Assembly (NCBI GenBank): GCA_035498035.1
Contig: DATKAN010000025.1
Location: forward strand, 17,190 to 81,189
Direction: 5' to 3'
Length of the DNA stretch: 64,000 nucleotides
Source: Nitrospiria bacterium
GTDB lineage: Bacteria; Nitrospirota; Nitrospiria; JACQBZ01
Below are positions 37,829-46,517 of the stretch, in pieces (within the stretch, counting starts at the first letter, position 1; every line of letters starts with the position of its first letter). The notes below the pieces were generated by a model that had not been told where the DNA came from, made no database searches, and worked only from the letters and a program-made list of their open reading frames with translations. The position numbers and the translations under genes are program-made.

Positions 37829-37878
37829 TTGACAAGCCCCGCCCGCTCGATTATAGTATAGGTGTCCATTTGGACACC
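37829..37878 (+). promoter_or_regulatory. lexA promoter (TTGACA-17-TATAGT) with 7-4-7 perfect palindrome GGTGTCC-ATTT-GGACACC at +1 (candidate LexA operator)
   Basis: -35 at 37829-37834, -10 at 37852-37857, palindrome at 37861-37878. lexA ATG at 37891. Confidence 0.5.
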
Positions 37879-37890
37879 CATTGAATCCCG

Positions 37891-38499
37891 ATGAAGAACC
37901 CGCTGACCGACAGGCAGGCCGAGGTCCTGAACTTCGTGAATCAATTCATCGCGAGGTCCGGATATCCGCCCACCGTCCGCGAGATCGCACGGCATCTCGG
38001 GATCCGCGGACACCACGCGGTCCGAAAGCATCTCCTGGCTTTGGAAAAAAACGGTCACCTCACCCGCGGGCGCGGCGCGCGATCGATCGGGATCGCCGAT
38101 CAACCTCAGGCCGTTTCCGTCCCGATCCTGGGCCAGGTGGCCGCGGGAAAGCCCATTCTCGCGGAAGAAAACATCCTCGGAACTTTGGCGTTGGACCGAT
38201 CCGTGACGCGCGGGGGTCCGGTCTTCCTTTTGAAGATCAAGGGCGACAGCATGATCGGAGCCGGAATTTTAGACGGCGATTACGTGCTGGTGAAAGCGCA
38301 GGCCCAGGCCGAGAACGGGGAGATCGCGGTGGTCCTGGCGGAGGACGAGGCCACCGTGAAGCGCGTCTTCCGCCGCGGCGACAAGATCGTTCTGCAACCC
38401 GAGAACCCCGCGCATCAACCCATGACATTCACCCCAAAAGACGCCCTTCGTATCCTCGGCAAGGTCCTGGGCGTGGTCCGGTTTCCCAATCTCAATTAG
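37891..38499 (+). CDS. lexA: LexA repressor (winged-helix DBD + S24 peptidase)
   Basis: LexA_DNA_bind N-terminus (TDRQAEVLNFV...GYPPTVREIA). AG cleavage site (QVAAGKPI). Ser-Lys dyad (KGDSMIGAGI...AVVLAEDEATVKR). Confidence 0.85.
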   Translation: MKNPLTDRQAEVLNFVNQFIARSGYPPTVREIARHLGIRGHHAVRKHLLALEKNGHLTRGRGARSIGIADQPQAVSVPILGQVAAGKPILAEENILGTLALDRSVTRGGPVFLLKIKGDSMIGAGILDGDYVLVKAQAQAENGEIAVVLAEDEATVKRVFRRGDKIVLQPENPAHQPMTFTPKDALRILGKVLGVVRFPNLN

Positions 38500-38517
38500 T
38501 CAAGAGGAGAGCTTCGA

Positions 38518-38747
38518 TGGCTGAGCAAAATTATTTTTACTGGAGATGCCCCGACTGCGTTCATGTGCGAGATCTGGATCTGGGAAAGATGACAAACCGC
38601 TGTCGGCTCATCGATCAGGGAGAATCGCCGGTGGATGGAACGCTCTGGGAAAACCAGGATCACGACCTCTGCCCGGTCTTCGAACCCAAAGCCGATCAAC
38701 ACGCAGCCGTACTGATGGCCCAAGGACGCACAACGCAAAGTCTCTAA
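38518..38747 (+). CDS. Small C4 zinc-ribbon protein (76 aa)
   Basis: CPDC...C...C. Strong SD AAGAGGAGAG 6 nt upstream. 18 nt after the lexA stop. Confidence 0.45.
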
Positions 38748-38783
38748 CGCGCTTCACAATTGAAAGGGCAAGGACCCTACTCG

Positions 38784-39494
38784 ATGGCCGATCCTTCTTC
38801 TCAATCGTCGTTGTTCGAAATCGAAGCGACCGATCTTTCCTGGCAGAAGATCGTCACGCCGGCCGCCTTGGAAGCCGTGGCGCGGGATCAGGGCCGGATC
38901 ATCGGGTTCATCGGACATCGCGGGGTGTTCGCGCTCGGCCATTATTTGATGGCCTGGCGACTGCTTCAGGACGAGTCGGTCGTCCTGGTCGACGGGGCCA
39001 ACATCATAGACCTCCCGCTGATCCTGAAGCTCACGGACGGTCCTAAAACGAATCGCCGGCGGCTCCTGGACCGTCTCCATCTATCACGGGCCTTCACCGC
39101 GCACCAGTTGGAGGCCGTCATTTGCGAGCGCTTGGAGAAAGCGCTCCAAAAATACAAAAGCCGTCTTTGCTTCGTCTCCGGATTGCTGGACACGTTCTAT
39201 GACGAGGAAGTTCCGGCGTGGGAAGCGACGCGCATCCTTCGCAAGACGACGGAAAAGCTCCGCGCCTTGGCGCATCAAGGCTGCCGACTGATCCTTCTGG
39301 CCCCCGACCCGCCTGCGCCGACAGCGCAGAGGAAAAACCTCGCGCCCTTCGTAATCAAATCCGCGAACCGGATTTTTGCGTTGGTCCATGAGAAGGATCG
39401 ATACCTGCTGATCGACGACGCCCAAACCGCACGAGATAAGCACTGGGTCCTTCCTTTGATGCCGTTCTCGATCAAGCGATCTTCTTCGAGGTGA
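38784..39494 (+). CDS. Degenerate RecA-fold protein, ImuA/SulA-like
   Basis: GRIIGFIGHRGVFALGHYLMAW...ESVVLVDGANIID aligns with the RecA/KaiC Walker A region (GKT lost). Later CRLILLAPD strand. About 237 aa as in ImuA. An alternative TTG start at 38760. Confidence 0.5.
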   Translation: MADPSSQSSLFEIEATDLSWQKIVTPAALEAVARDQGRIIGFIGHRGVFALGHYLMAWRLLQDESVVLVDGANIIDLPLILKLTDGPKTNRRRLLDRLHLSRAFTAHQLEAVICERLEKALQKYKSRLCFVSGLLDTFYDEEVPAWEATRILRKTTEKLRALAHQGCRLILLAPDPPAPTAQRKNLAPFVIKSANRIFALVHEKDRYLLIDDAQTARDKHWVLPLMPFSIKRSSSR

Positions 39495-39497
39495 TTC

Positions 39498-39770
39498 ATG
39501 GGCCGGACGCTGGCCACCTTCACGATGCAGGTCAATCAGGCCCTGGAGGAATGGGGAAAATTTAAACGGGCCCTGCGCAAAGAGGATCAGGCGATTATCG
39601 AGTTGCTTTTTGCCGATGCGCGCTATCATGCGCAGGCCGGGGCTTATCTCGCGCCGACCGATCCCTTCTCGGCCATGCTCCTTTCGATGCTGCTCGAGGA
39701 ACGCAAAGCGCGTCTGGCTTTGGAGAAACGGCTCCATGAACTCGAAACCGGATTCAAGGCGCAGGCTTAG
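39498..39770 (+). CDS. Small helical hypothetical protein (90 aa)
   Basis: ATG 4 nt after the preceding stop. Coding-like composition. No family recognised. Confidence 0.4.
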   Translation: MGRTLATFTMQVNQALEEWGKFKRALRKEDQAIIELLFADARYHAQAGAYLAPTDPFSAMLLSMLLEERKARLALEKRLHELETGFKAQA

Positions 39771-41970
39771 GGGCTGGTTGTTCGACGTCTACCCTGCCGC
39801 TGAAGGCATGGTCCTCTGGATCATCGCGGAGGACGGACGTCGGCTCCGGCTGACCGATCCGTTTCATCCTTCCTTTTATTTCGAGGGTCCGTCGATTGAA
39901 TCAAGAAACGCCGTTCTTCATCTGTCACGCGAAAAGACTCCCGTCACGGCCCGGCACGTCGAGCGCAGCGAGTTCTTCAGCGGCCGGGCGATCCCGGTGG
40001 TGCAGGTTACAGTCCACGATCCCACGGAATACGTCGGCATCGTAAAGAGGCTCGTCCGTATCGGCGACCGACTGCAATTCTATAATTGTGACATCGACCT
40101 CTCTCAGCTCTATTTCTATGAACGAAACCTATTCCCTTTGGCCTTGTGTTCCGTGGATCGCACCGAAACGGAAACGATCCAAACCATCCAAGCGCTCGAT
40201 TCGCCCTGGGATCCGGATTATTCCCTTCCCCCGCTCCGCTCCATGCATCTGCGGTTGGAAGGGGACCTCATCAATCCAAATCACGGAGGTCAAGGGAAGC
40301 TTGAGATCCGGGATGACCATGGCCGGTGTGTGCTTGAAGGGGATGATCCGGCCGAGGTGTTGACCGGGCTCAACAATCACCTCCGTAAAAACGATCCGGA
40401 CCTGATTTTCACCGATTGGGGAGACTCCTTCATCATCCCGCATGTTCAAATGCTTTCGGAGCGATGCAGGATTCCGGTCGCCTTCAATCGCGACAGGCGC
40501 ATGGCGATCGCCGGGAAAAAGATGCGTTCCTATGCCTCCTATGGACGGATGGTCCACAGCGCCGGGGCGCAGACCTTCTTCGGCCGTTGGCACATCGACC
40601 GGCAGAATTCGTTCATTCTCAACGAGGCGGGTCTCGAAGGACTGTTTGAACAGGCCCGGGTCACAAAGCTCCCGATTCAGCATATGGCCCGGACCTCGAC
40701 CGGAACGGGGATCACCTCCATGCAGCTTGAGACGGCTTACCGGGCGGGAATCCTCATTCCGTGGCGAAAGAGCGAGCCGGAGGAGTTCAAGTCCGGCTTC
40801 GAGCTGCTCACGATCGATAAAGGCGGCATGGTCTTTCTTCCGCCGGTGGGTTTTCAGGAAGAGGTCGCCGAGCTTGATTTCGCCTCGATGTATCCCGCCA
40901 TCATGGCCCGGTTCAACATCTCGCCCGAAACGGTCGGCTGTTCCTGCTGCCCCGGAAATCGCGTTCCGGAAACGGGCTATACGATCTGCACAAAACGAAA
41001 GGGACTTGTCCCGGAAACCCTCGAGCCGCTTCTTGCCAAGCGAGCGCAGTATAAACAACGACTCAAATCCACGACCGATCCGAAACGGCGTGAACGTTAC
41101 GATCAGCGCCAGAACGCGCTGAAATGGCTGCTCGTGGTCTCCTTCGGTTATCTGGGTTACAAGAATGCCCGTTTCGGGCGCATCGAAGCGCATGAGTGCG
41201 TGACGGCTTACAGTCGTGAGACGCTTCTTCAAGCCAAGGAGATTGCGGAAGGCCGTGGCTATCAACTCCTCCATGCCATCGTGGATTCCGTCTGGGTCAA
41301 GAAGGCCGGTGCGACGGAGCCCGACTATCGGAAGCTTGCGGATGCGATCACTCAGGGAACCGGCCTTCCGATCAACCTGGAAGGGATTTATCGTTGGATC
41401 GGGTTCCTTCCCTCGAAGACGCGGCCGAGCCTTTCGGTTCCGAACCGGTTTTTGGGCGTCTTTCGTACCGGAGCGATGAAGATACGGGGCCTGGAAGTGC
41501 GCCGCACCGACACGCCTTCCCTGGTCAAAGAAGCTCAAACCCGTATGATCGAGGTTTTAAATCAGGCCCAGGATCTTAAAGAATATGAGGCACAAATTCC
41601 TGAGGTCGTCAAAATCCTGGCCGAATACCGTCGGCGACTCGTTGAAGGACAGGTCAATCTAAGAGAGCTGGTCATCACGCGAACTCTTTCCCAGGACCCC
41701 CGGGAATACAAGAAGGCGACGCTTTCGGCCGTGGTTTCCCATGAACTGTTGGCCCGCGGGGTCAAACTCGCGCCGGGGGAAGCGATTCAGTACGTCATCA
41801 CCCATGACGCGGATAAAGATCCGGCCGGCCGGGCCCGGGCCTATGCGACCCTCACGGCGGATCATGCCTATGACGTCGAAAAGTACAGCGAGCTGCTTTT
41901 AAAAAGCGGTGAAAGCCTCCTCGCCCTGTTTGGCTACGATCTTAAAAGGCTGGAGCAATTGACCCGATAA
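39736..41970 (+). CDS. Family-B DNA polymerase, divergent: exonuclease motifs inactivated, polymerase motifs B/C and KKRY eroded
   Basis: PolB N-terminal domain (GWLFDVYP...). Motif A DFASMYPAIM intact. Motif B KWLLVVSFGYLG (N and Y lost). Motif C HAIVDS versus YGDTDS. Exo I RLE versus DIE. Exo II FTDWGDSFII (FD lost). KKRY replaced by NRFL. Start overlaps the upstream small ORF by 35 nt; alternative TTG at 39784. Confidence 0.8.
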   Translation: MNSKPDSRRRLRGWLFDVYPAAEGMVLWIIAEDGRRLRLTDPFHPSFYFEGPSIESRNAVLHLSREKTPVTARHVERSEFFSGRAIPVVQVTVHDPTEYVGIVKRLVRIGDRLQFYNCDIDLSQLYFYERNLFPLALCSVDRTETETIQTIQALDSPWDPDYSLPPLRSMHLRLEGDLINPNHGGQGKLEIRDDHGRCVLEGDDPAEVLTGLNNHLRKNDPDLIFTDWGDSFIIPHVQMLSERCRIPVAFNRDRRMAIAGKKMRSYASYGRMVHSAGAQTFFGRWHIDRQNSFILNEAGLEGLFEQARVTKLPIQHMARTSTGTGITSMQLETAYRAGILIPWRKSEPEEFKSGFELLTIDKGGMVFLPPVGFQEEVAELDFASMYPAIMARFNISPETVGCSCCPGNRVPETGYTICTKRKGLVPETLEPLLAKRAQYKQRLKSTTDPKRRERYDQRQNALKWLLVVSFGYLGYKNARFGRIEAHECVTAYSRETLLQAKEIAEGRGYQLLHAIVDSVWVKKAGATEPDYRKLADAITQGTGLPINLEGIYRWIGFLPSKTRPSLSVPNRFLGVFRTGAMKIRGLEVRRTDTPSLVKEAQTRMIEVLNQAQDLKEYEAQIPEVVKILAEYRRRLVEGQVNLRELVITRTLSQDPREYKKATLSAVVSHELLARGVKLAPGEAIQYVITHDADKDPAGRARAYATLTADHAYDVEKYSELLLKSGESLLALFGYDLKRLEQLTR

Positions 41971-42024
41971 ATATCCAGACAGTGACTTGATTCACCGCCC
42001 GGGCGAGGGCTATGATGAAGCCCT

Positions 42025-42717
42025 ATGTGCGCGAGATACACCCTTACGGAAGAGATCATCCTGATCCTGAAACGCCTGTTGATCAAGTCCCCGATGAGAG
42101 ACTTCCACCCGCGGTATAATATCGCGCCCTCCCAGAACGCGCCCGTCATCCTGAACGAAGAGGGAAGATCGGTTCAAGTCTTCCGCTGGGGGCTCATCCC
42201 CTCCTGGGCCAAGGATCCGTCCATCGGCTATAAGTTGATCAATGCCCGCGCCGAGTCGGTCGCCGAGAAACCCAGTTTCAGAAATGCATTTAAAAAAAGA
42301 AGATGCCTCATTCCGGCCGACGGGTTTTATGAATGGCGTTTGGAATCGGACGGCCGAACGAAGACCCCCATGCGAATCCGGCTCAAATCAAAGGAGCCGT
42401 TCACCTTCGCCGGGCTATGGGAAACATGGAAGGACCGGCAGGAAAAAGAGTTTCGGACCTTTACGATCATTACGACCGAGCCGAATGAAATCCTGCAACC
42501 GATACATAACCGGATCCCCGTGATCATGAAACCGGAGGATGAAGAAGCCTGGCTCGACCCGCAGGCCGACGTCAAGCATTTGGAAAAGATTTTAGCGCCC
42601 TATTCGTCAAACGAGATGGAAGCCTACGCGGTGTCTAAGTTGGTCAACAGTCCGAAACACGATTCGCCCGACTGCATCGAACCGGCCGTGGTCCCACCTC
42701 CTTCCACGCTATTTTAA
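42025..42717 (+). CDS. yedK: SOS-response-associated peptidase (SRAP/YedK/HMCES family), abasic-site DNA-protein crosslinking enzyme
   Basis: Starts MCARY (invariant Cys2 nucleophile). SRAP core motifs (PRYNIAPSQ, FRWGLIPSWAKD, INARAE, RCLIPADGFYEW). Confidence 0.8.
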   Translation: MCARYTLTEEIILILKRLLIKSPMRDFHPRYNIAPSQNAPVILNEEGRSVQVFRWGLIPSWAKDPSIGYKLINARAESVAEKPSFRNAFKKRRCLIPADGFYEWRLESDGRTKTPMRIRLKSKEPFTFAGLWETWKDRQEKEFRTFTIITTEPNEILQPIHNRIPVIMKPEDEEAWLDPQADVKHLEKILAPYSSNEMEAYAVSKLVNSPKHDSPDCIEPAVVPPPSTLF

Positions 42718-42838
42718 TGTTCCCTTGTGCCTCTCTAAGATGAAAACCTACTTTATAAAGGGACAGGGTGGGATACCCCCTCTTTTCCGCCCGACCTACC
42801 CATTAATCCTCATCGCATCCCAAATTCCGTTAGGAAGC

Positions 42839-42875
42839 GGCGCGGACCTCACAGGCCCGCGCCGAGGATTTTTAC
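42839..42875 (+). terminator. Rho-independent terminator candidate after yedK
   Basis: GGCGCGG/CCGCGCC 7-bp stem followed by GAGGATTTTTA. Confidence 0.45.
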
Positions 42876-42957
42876 GCAAATTAACCCGACATTGAACTGG
42901 ACGTAACCTGACCTCCGTATATTCGCCGTGTGAAATTAATGAAACGGAGGGGAGAAC

Positions 42958-43197
42958 ATGAACTGCCTGAAATGCAGCGGGATGATGAATTACGAGGCGT
43001 TCGTCAGCGGGGCGGCCGAGGGGACGTCCTGGGCCTACGAAGGCTGGCGGTGCATCTATTGCGGGGATATCGTCGATCCGGTCATCCTCCGGCACCGTCA
43101 AAAGATCCGGAATCGAGAGGCCGTTCCGGTCAGAAAAGACCCGGTCCGGAGCCCGGGCCAAAGCGGAATGGCGGCCCGGAAACAGGTTCCCGGGTGA
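42958..43197 (+). CDS. Small zinc-ribbon protein (79 aa)
   Basis: CxxC...CxxC (CLKCSG...CIYCGD). Strong SD GGAGGGGAG. Confidence 0.45.
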   Translation: MNCLKCSGMMNYEAFVSGAAEGTSWAYEGWRCIYCGDIVDPVILRHRQKIRNREAVPVRKDPVRSPGQSGMAARKQVPG

Positions 43198-43206
43198 CCG
43201 CCGCCG

Positions 43207-43485
43207 TCATCGCCGATGATGGCTGAGGAACTCGTCGATCTCTTGGAGGGTAAACTTGTTGAGTTGCACGATCTTCGCCTGGGATCGGTAAGCCACGGGC
43301 AAGATCGACCGGGCCTCATCTTTGCTTCCCATCTCCAAAGTGATCCAGGCCTTATGTTCCCCGTCCCAGCATCCCCAATCCGCATTCGTCAGAAAATGAG
43401 AGCCCGTTTCGAGCAAGACCTTGACGGCCTTGGCGCAAGCCACCGGCTCGGCCTCGTGCGGAACCTCGATGAGATATTTTGCCAT
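43207..43485 (-). CDS. Hypothetical protein (92 aa)
   Basis: AGGGAGAG SD 8 nt upstream of the ATG. No family recognised. Confidence 0.4.
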   Translation of the reverse strand: MAKYLIEVPHEAEPVACAKAVKVLLETGSHFLTNADWGCWDGEHKAWITLEMGSKDEARSILPVAYRSQAKIVQLNKFTLQEIDEFLSHHRR

Positions 43486-43721
43486 GGCACAAACTCTCCC
43501 TTTTTGGTTTTAATTGAGCCCCTGTTTGGATCCCATGCGCCAAAAGGCCCGACGCCATCGCGGTTCGATTGGACTGTCGAGCGCCGATCATCCGCGCAGG
43601 ATCGTAATTTACTCTCTTGCCGGATTTCTTTCAACTGTATGTTATGGGCATTGGAGGATCGGGGGAAAGATTGTTTCCCGCCTGTGACATGAGATATGAT
43701 AACTCGAATCGTGAGAATAAA

Positions 43722-44273
43722 ATGGGGAAGGACTTTTCACTTCGCGACGCGCGCGAGAGCGATCGCGAAGCGATCCGGACCGTGACGCTGGCCGCCTTCC
43801 AGGAGTACGCGGCCCGCATGCACGCGCACTGGGAAGGGTACCGCCAGGGAATCTTAAACGCGCTCGCCGACCCGACGTCCGCCGAGCGGATCGTGGCCGA
43901 ACAAGATGGCGCCGTCGTGGGCGCCGTTATGTTATACCCGCCCGGAACGGTTTTTCCCCGCCCGGACGGCTCCCGGGTCACGATCGAGCACCCGGAAGCC
44001 CGCCTGCTCGCCGTCGCGCGGGCCGCGCGGGGCCGCGGTATCGGTAAGGCGCTGCTGCGCGAATGCATCCGGCGGGCCCGCCGCTCCGGCGCCGCGGCCC
44101 TGACCTTGCACACGAGCGATTTCATGGAAGTCGGCAGGCGCATGTACGAGGGGATGGGATTCGTGCGCGCGCCCGGGCTCGATTTTCATCCCTCCAAGGA
44201 CCTGACGGTGATGGGCTACCGCCTCCCGCTCGGCGAGACGTCGCCCTCCGGACCCCCGCCGCCCGTTTCTTGA
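43722..44273 (+). CDS. GNAT-family N-acetyltransferase
   Basis: Acetyl-CoA binding motif RGRGIGKALL. Confidence 0.7.
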   Translation: MGKDFSLRDARESDREAIRTVTLAAFQEYAARMHAHWEGYRQGILNALADPTSAERIVAEQDGAVVGAVMLYPPGTVFPRPDGSRVTIEHPEARLLAVARAARGRGIGKALLRECIRRARRSGAAALTLHTSDFMEVGRRMYEGMGFVRAPGLDFHPSKDLTVMGYRLPLGETSPSGPPPPVS

Positions 44274-44326
44274 CAGTCCGCTTGGGAAAAGAATATGATA
44301 CTCGCTCACTTCTTCGAGGGTGAGCG

Positions 44327-45673
44327 ATGGCCCTATCCCGATGGATCCGATCGGTCGTCTTGACGCCGGTATTCGCGTTTTTGCCCGTCCTAATTACCAC
44401 GATTCTCCCCGCCGCCGATTCGTTCCCTCAGTCCCGTCCCGCTCCGGCCGCCGAACCGGCCGCGGTGACCGTGGCCGTGTACGACGGCGTGATCAATCCG
44501 GTCTCGGCCGAATACCTGACCCAGGCCATCGCGGACGCCGCGCAGGATCATGCCCAGGCGCTGGTGATCCAGCTCGACACGCCGGGAGGCCTCGACACTT
44601 CGATGCGCACGATCGTCAAGGAGATGAGCGCTTCCGAGGTGCCGATCATCGTGTATGTCTCGCCCACCGGCGCCCGCGCGGCCTCGGCCGGGGTCTTCAT
44701 CACGCTCGCGGCCCACATCGCGGCCATGGCCCCGGGGACGAACATCGGTGCGGCCCATCCCGTTTCGATGGGCGGCGGAGAGATGGACAAAGAGATGAAA
44801 AAGAAGGTCGAGAACGACGCGGCCGCCTATATCAAGTCGATCGCCGAGAAGCACGGCCGCAACGTCCAGTGGGCCGAGGACGCCGTGCGCCAGAGCGTCT
44901 CGGCCACCGAGACCGAGGCCCTGAAGCTCAAGATCGTCGACCTGATCGCGCCGGACCTGCCGGCCCTGCTGGCCGCCGTGGACGGCCGAACGGTTCAAAC
45001 GGCCGCGGGCCCGCGCATCCTTAAGACCAAATCGGCCGCGGTCAAGACGGTCGGAATGAGCGGCCGGATGAGAATCTTAAACGCGTTGAGCGATCCCAAC
45101 ATCGCCTACATCCTGATGCTTCTGGGCATTTACGGACTGATCTTCGAGCTGTCGAACCCGGGCGCGATCCTGCCCGGCGTGGTCGGCGCGATTTGCATCG
45201 TCCTGGCCTTCTATTCCTTCCAGACCCTCTCGATCAATTACGCCGGCCTGCTTCTGATCCTTCTGGCCATCGTGATGTTCATCGCCGAGATCAAAGTGCC
45301 TAGCTACGGGCTGCTGACCGTGGGCGGGGTGATCTCGATGGTTCTGGGCTCGTTGATGCTGGTCAAGACCGACCTGCCGTTCATGCAGATTTCCTTGTGG
45401 GTGATTTTCCCGACGGCCGTCGTGACGGCCGGATTCTTTTTGGGGGTGGTCGGAATGGCCTGGAAGACCCGTCATCAAAAATCGGTCGCCGGCATCGAGG
45501 TCTTCATCGGCGCTTCGGGAACCGCCCGGACCGAGATCAACCCCCGGGGTCAAATCCTGATCCAGGGAGAGTATTGGGACGCCGTCAGCTCCGAACCGAT
45601 CCATGAGGGCGAGACGGTCGAAGTGACCGGCATCGAGGGACTAAAACTGTTTATCAAACGGTCGAAAAAATAG
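44327..45673 (+). CDS. NfeD-like membrane-bound ClpP-class serine protease (stomatin operon partner)
   Basis: ClpP-fold N-domain (IQLDTPGG, Ser in SAG). Multi-TM middle. C-terminal OB-fold. Confidence 0.8.
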   Translation: MALSRWIRSVVLTPVFAFLPVLITTILPAADSFPQSRPAPAAEPAAVTVAVYDGVINPVSAEYLTQAIADAAQDHAQALVIQLDTPGGLDTSMRTIVKEMSASEVPIIVYVSPTGARAASAGVFITLAAHIAAMAPGTNIGAAHPVSMGGGEMDKEMKKKVENDAAAYIKSIAEKHGRNVQWAEDAVRQSVSATETEALKLKIVDLIAPDLPALLAAVDGRTVQTAAGPRILKTKSAAVKTVGMSGRMRILNALSDPNIAYILMLLGIYGLIFELSNPGAILPGVVGAICIVLAFYSFQTLSINYAGLLLILLAIVMFIAEIKVPSYGLLTVGGVISMVLGSLMLVKTDLPFMQISLWVIFPTAVVTAGFFLGVVGMAWKTRHQKSVAGIEVFIGASGTARTEINPRGQILIQGEYWDAVSSEPIHEGETVEVTGIEGLKLFIKRSKK

Positions 45674-45687
45674 AGCGGGGGTCAATC

Positions 45688-46461
45688 ATGATTCAGTTAC
45701 TCGTCAGTCTTCCGGGCCTTATCCTGATCGTTCTCCTATTCCTGTTCATCTCCCTCAAGATCCTCAGGGAGTACGAGCGCGGCGTGATCTTTTTCCTGGG
45801 ACGCTTTCAGAAGGTAAAGGGGCCCGGCCTGATCATTGTCATCCCCGGCCTCCAGAGCATGGCGAAGGTGAGCCTGCGGACGATCGTGATGGACGTACCG
45901 CCCCAGGACGTAATCACGCGGGATAACGTATCGGTGAAAGTCAACGCCATCATCTATTTCCGTGTGATCGACCCTCAAAGAGCGATCATCCAGGTCGAGG
46001 ACTATCTCTATGCCACGTCCCAGCTTTCGCAGACCACGCTGCGCAGCGTCCTCGGCCAGGGCCAGTTGGACGACCTGCTGTCCAAGCGGGAGGAGATCAA
46101 TTCGAAACTCCAGCAGATCATCGACCAGCAGACCGAACCCTGGGGAATCAAGGTCTCGGCCGTCGAGGTGAAGAACGTGGACCTCCCCCAGGAAATGGTC
46201 CGCGCCATCGCCAAACAGGCCGAGGCCGAACGGGAAAGACGGGCGAAGGTGATCCACGCGGAGGGAGAATATCAGGCCGCCGAGAAACTGACCCAGGCGG
46301 GGGAGATCATCAGCCGGAACCCCACCACCCTCCAGTTGCGCTACCTGCAGACGCTGACCGAGATCGCGGCCGAAAAAAATTCCACGACGATCTTCCCGGT
46401 CCCGATCGACTTTCTCGAACCGTTCTTCAGGCGGCGGGAACCGGAAAAAAGATCATCCTAA
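45688..46461 (+). CDS. SPFH/band-7 stomatin-like protein
   Basis: N-terminal TM, PHB domain, coiled-coil [15 protein letters not shown]. Confidence 0.85.
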   Translation: MIQLLVSLPGLILIVLLFLFISLKILREYERGVIFFLGRFQKVKGPGLIIVIPGLQSMAKVSLRTIVMDVPPQDVITRDNVSVKVNAIIYFRVIDPQRAIIQVEDYLYATSQLSQTTLRSVLGQGQLDDLLSKREEINSKLQQIIDQQTEPWGIKVSAVEVKNVDLPQEMVRAIAKQAEAERERRAKVIHAEGEYQAAEKLTQAGEIISRNPTTLQLRYLQTLTEIAAEKNSTTIFPVPIDFLEPFFRRREPEKRSS

Positions 46462-46517
46462 ATACCGCTTTGCTTTTGCAGGAAATGGGAGTAAGATAGG
46501 CACCGGGGTTATGCGCA

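Noticed and set aside
37881-38747. 288-aa plus-strand ORF spanning lexA in another frame
   Set aside because: Only its last 76 aa (from the ATG at 38518 with a strong SD) look like a real Zn-ribbon gene. The rest overlaps lexA out of frame with Arg/Gly/Pro-rich composition.
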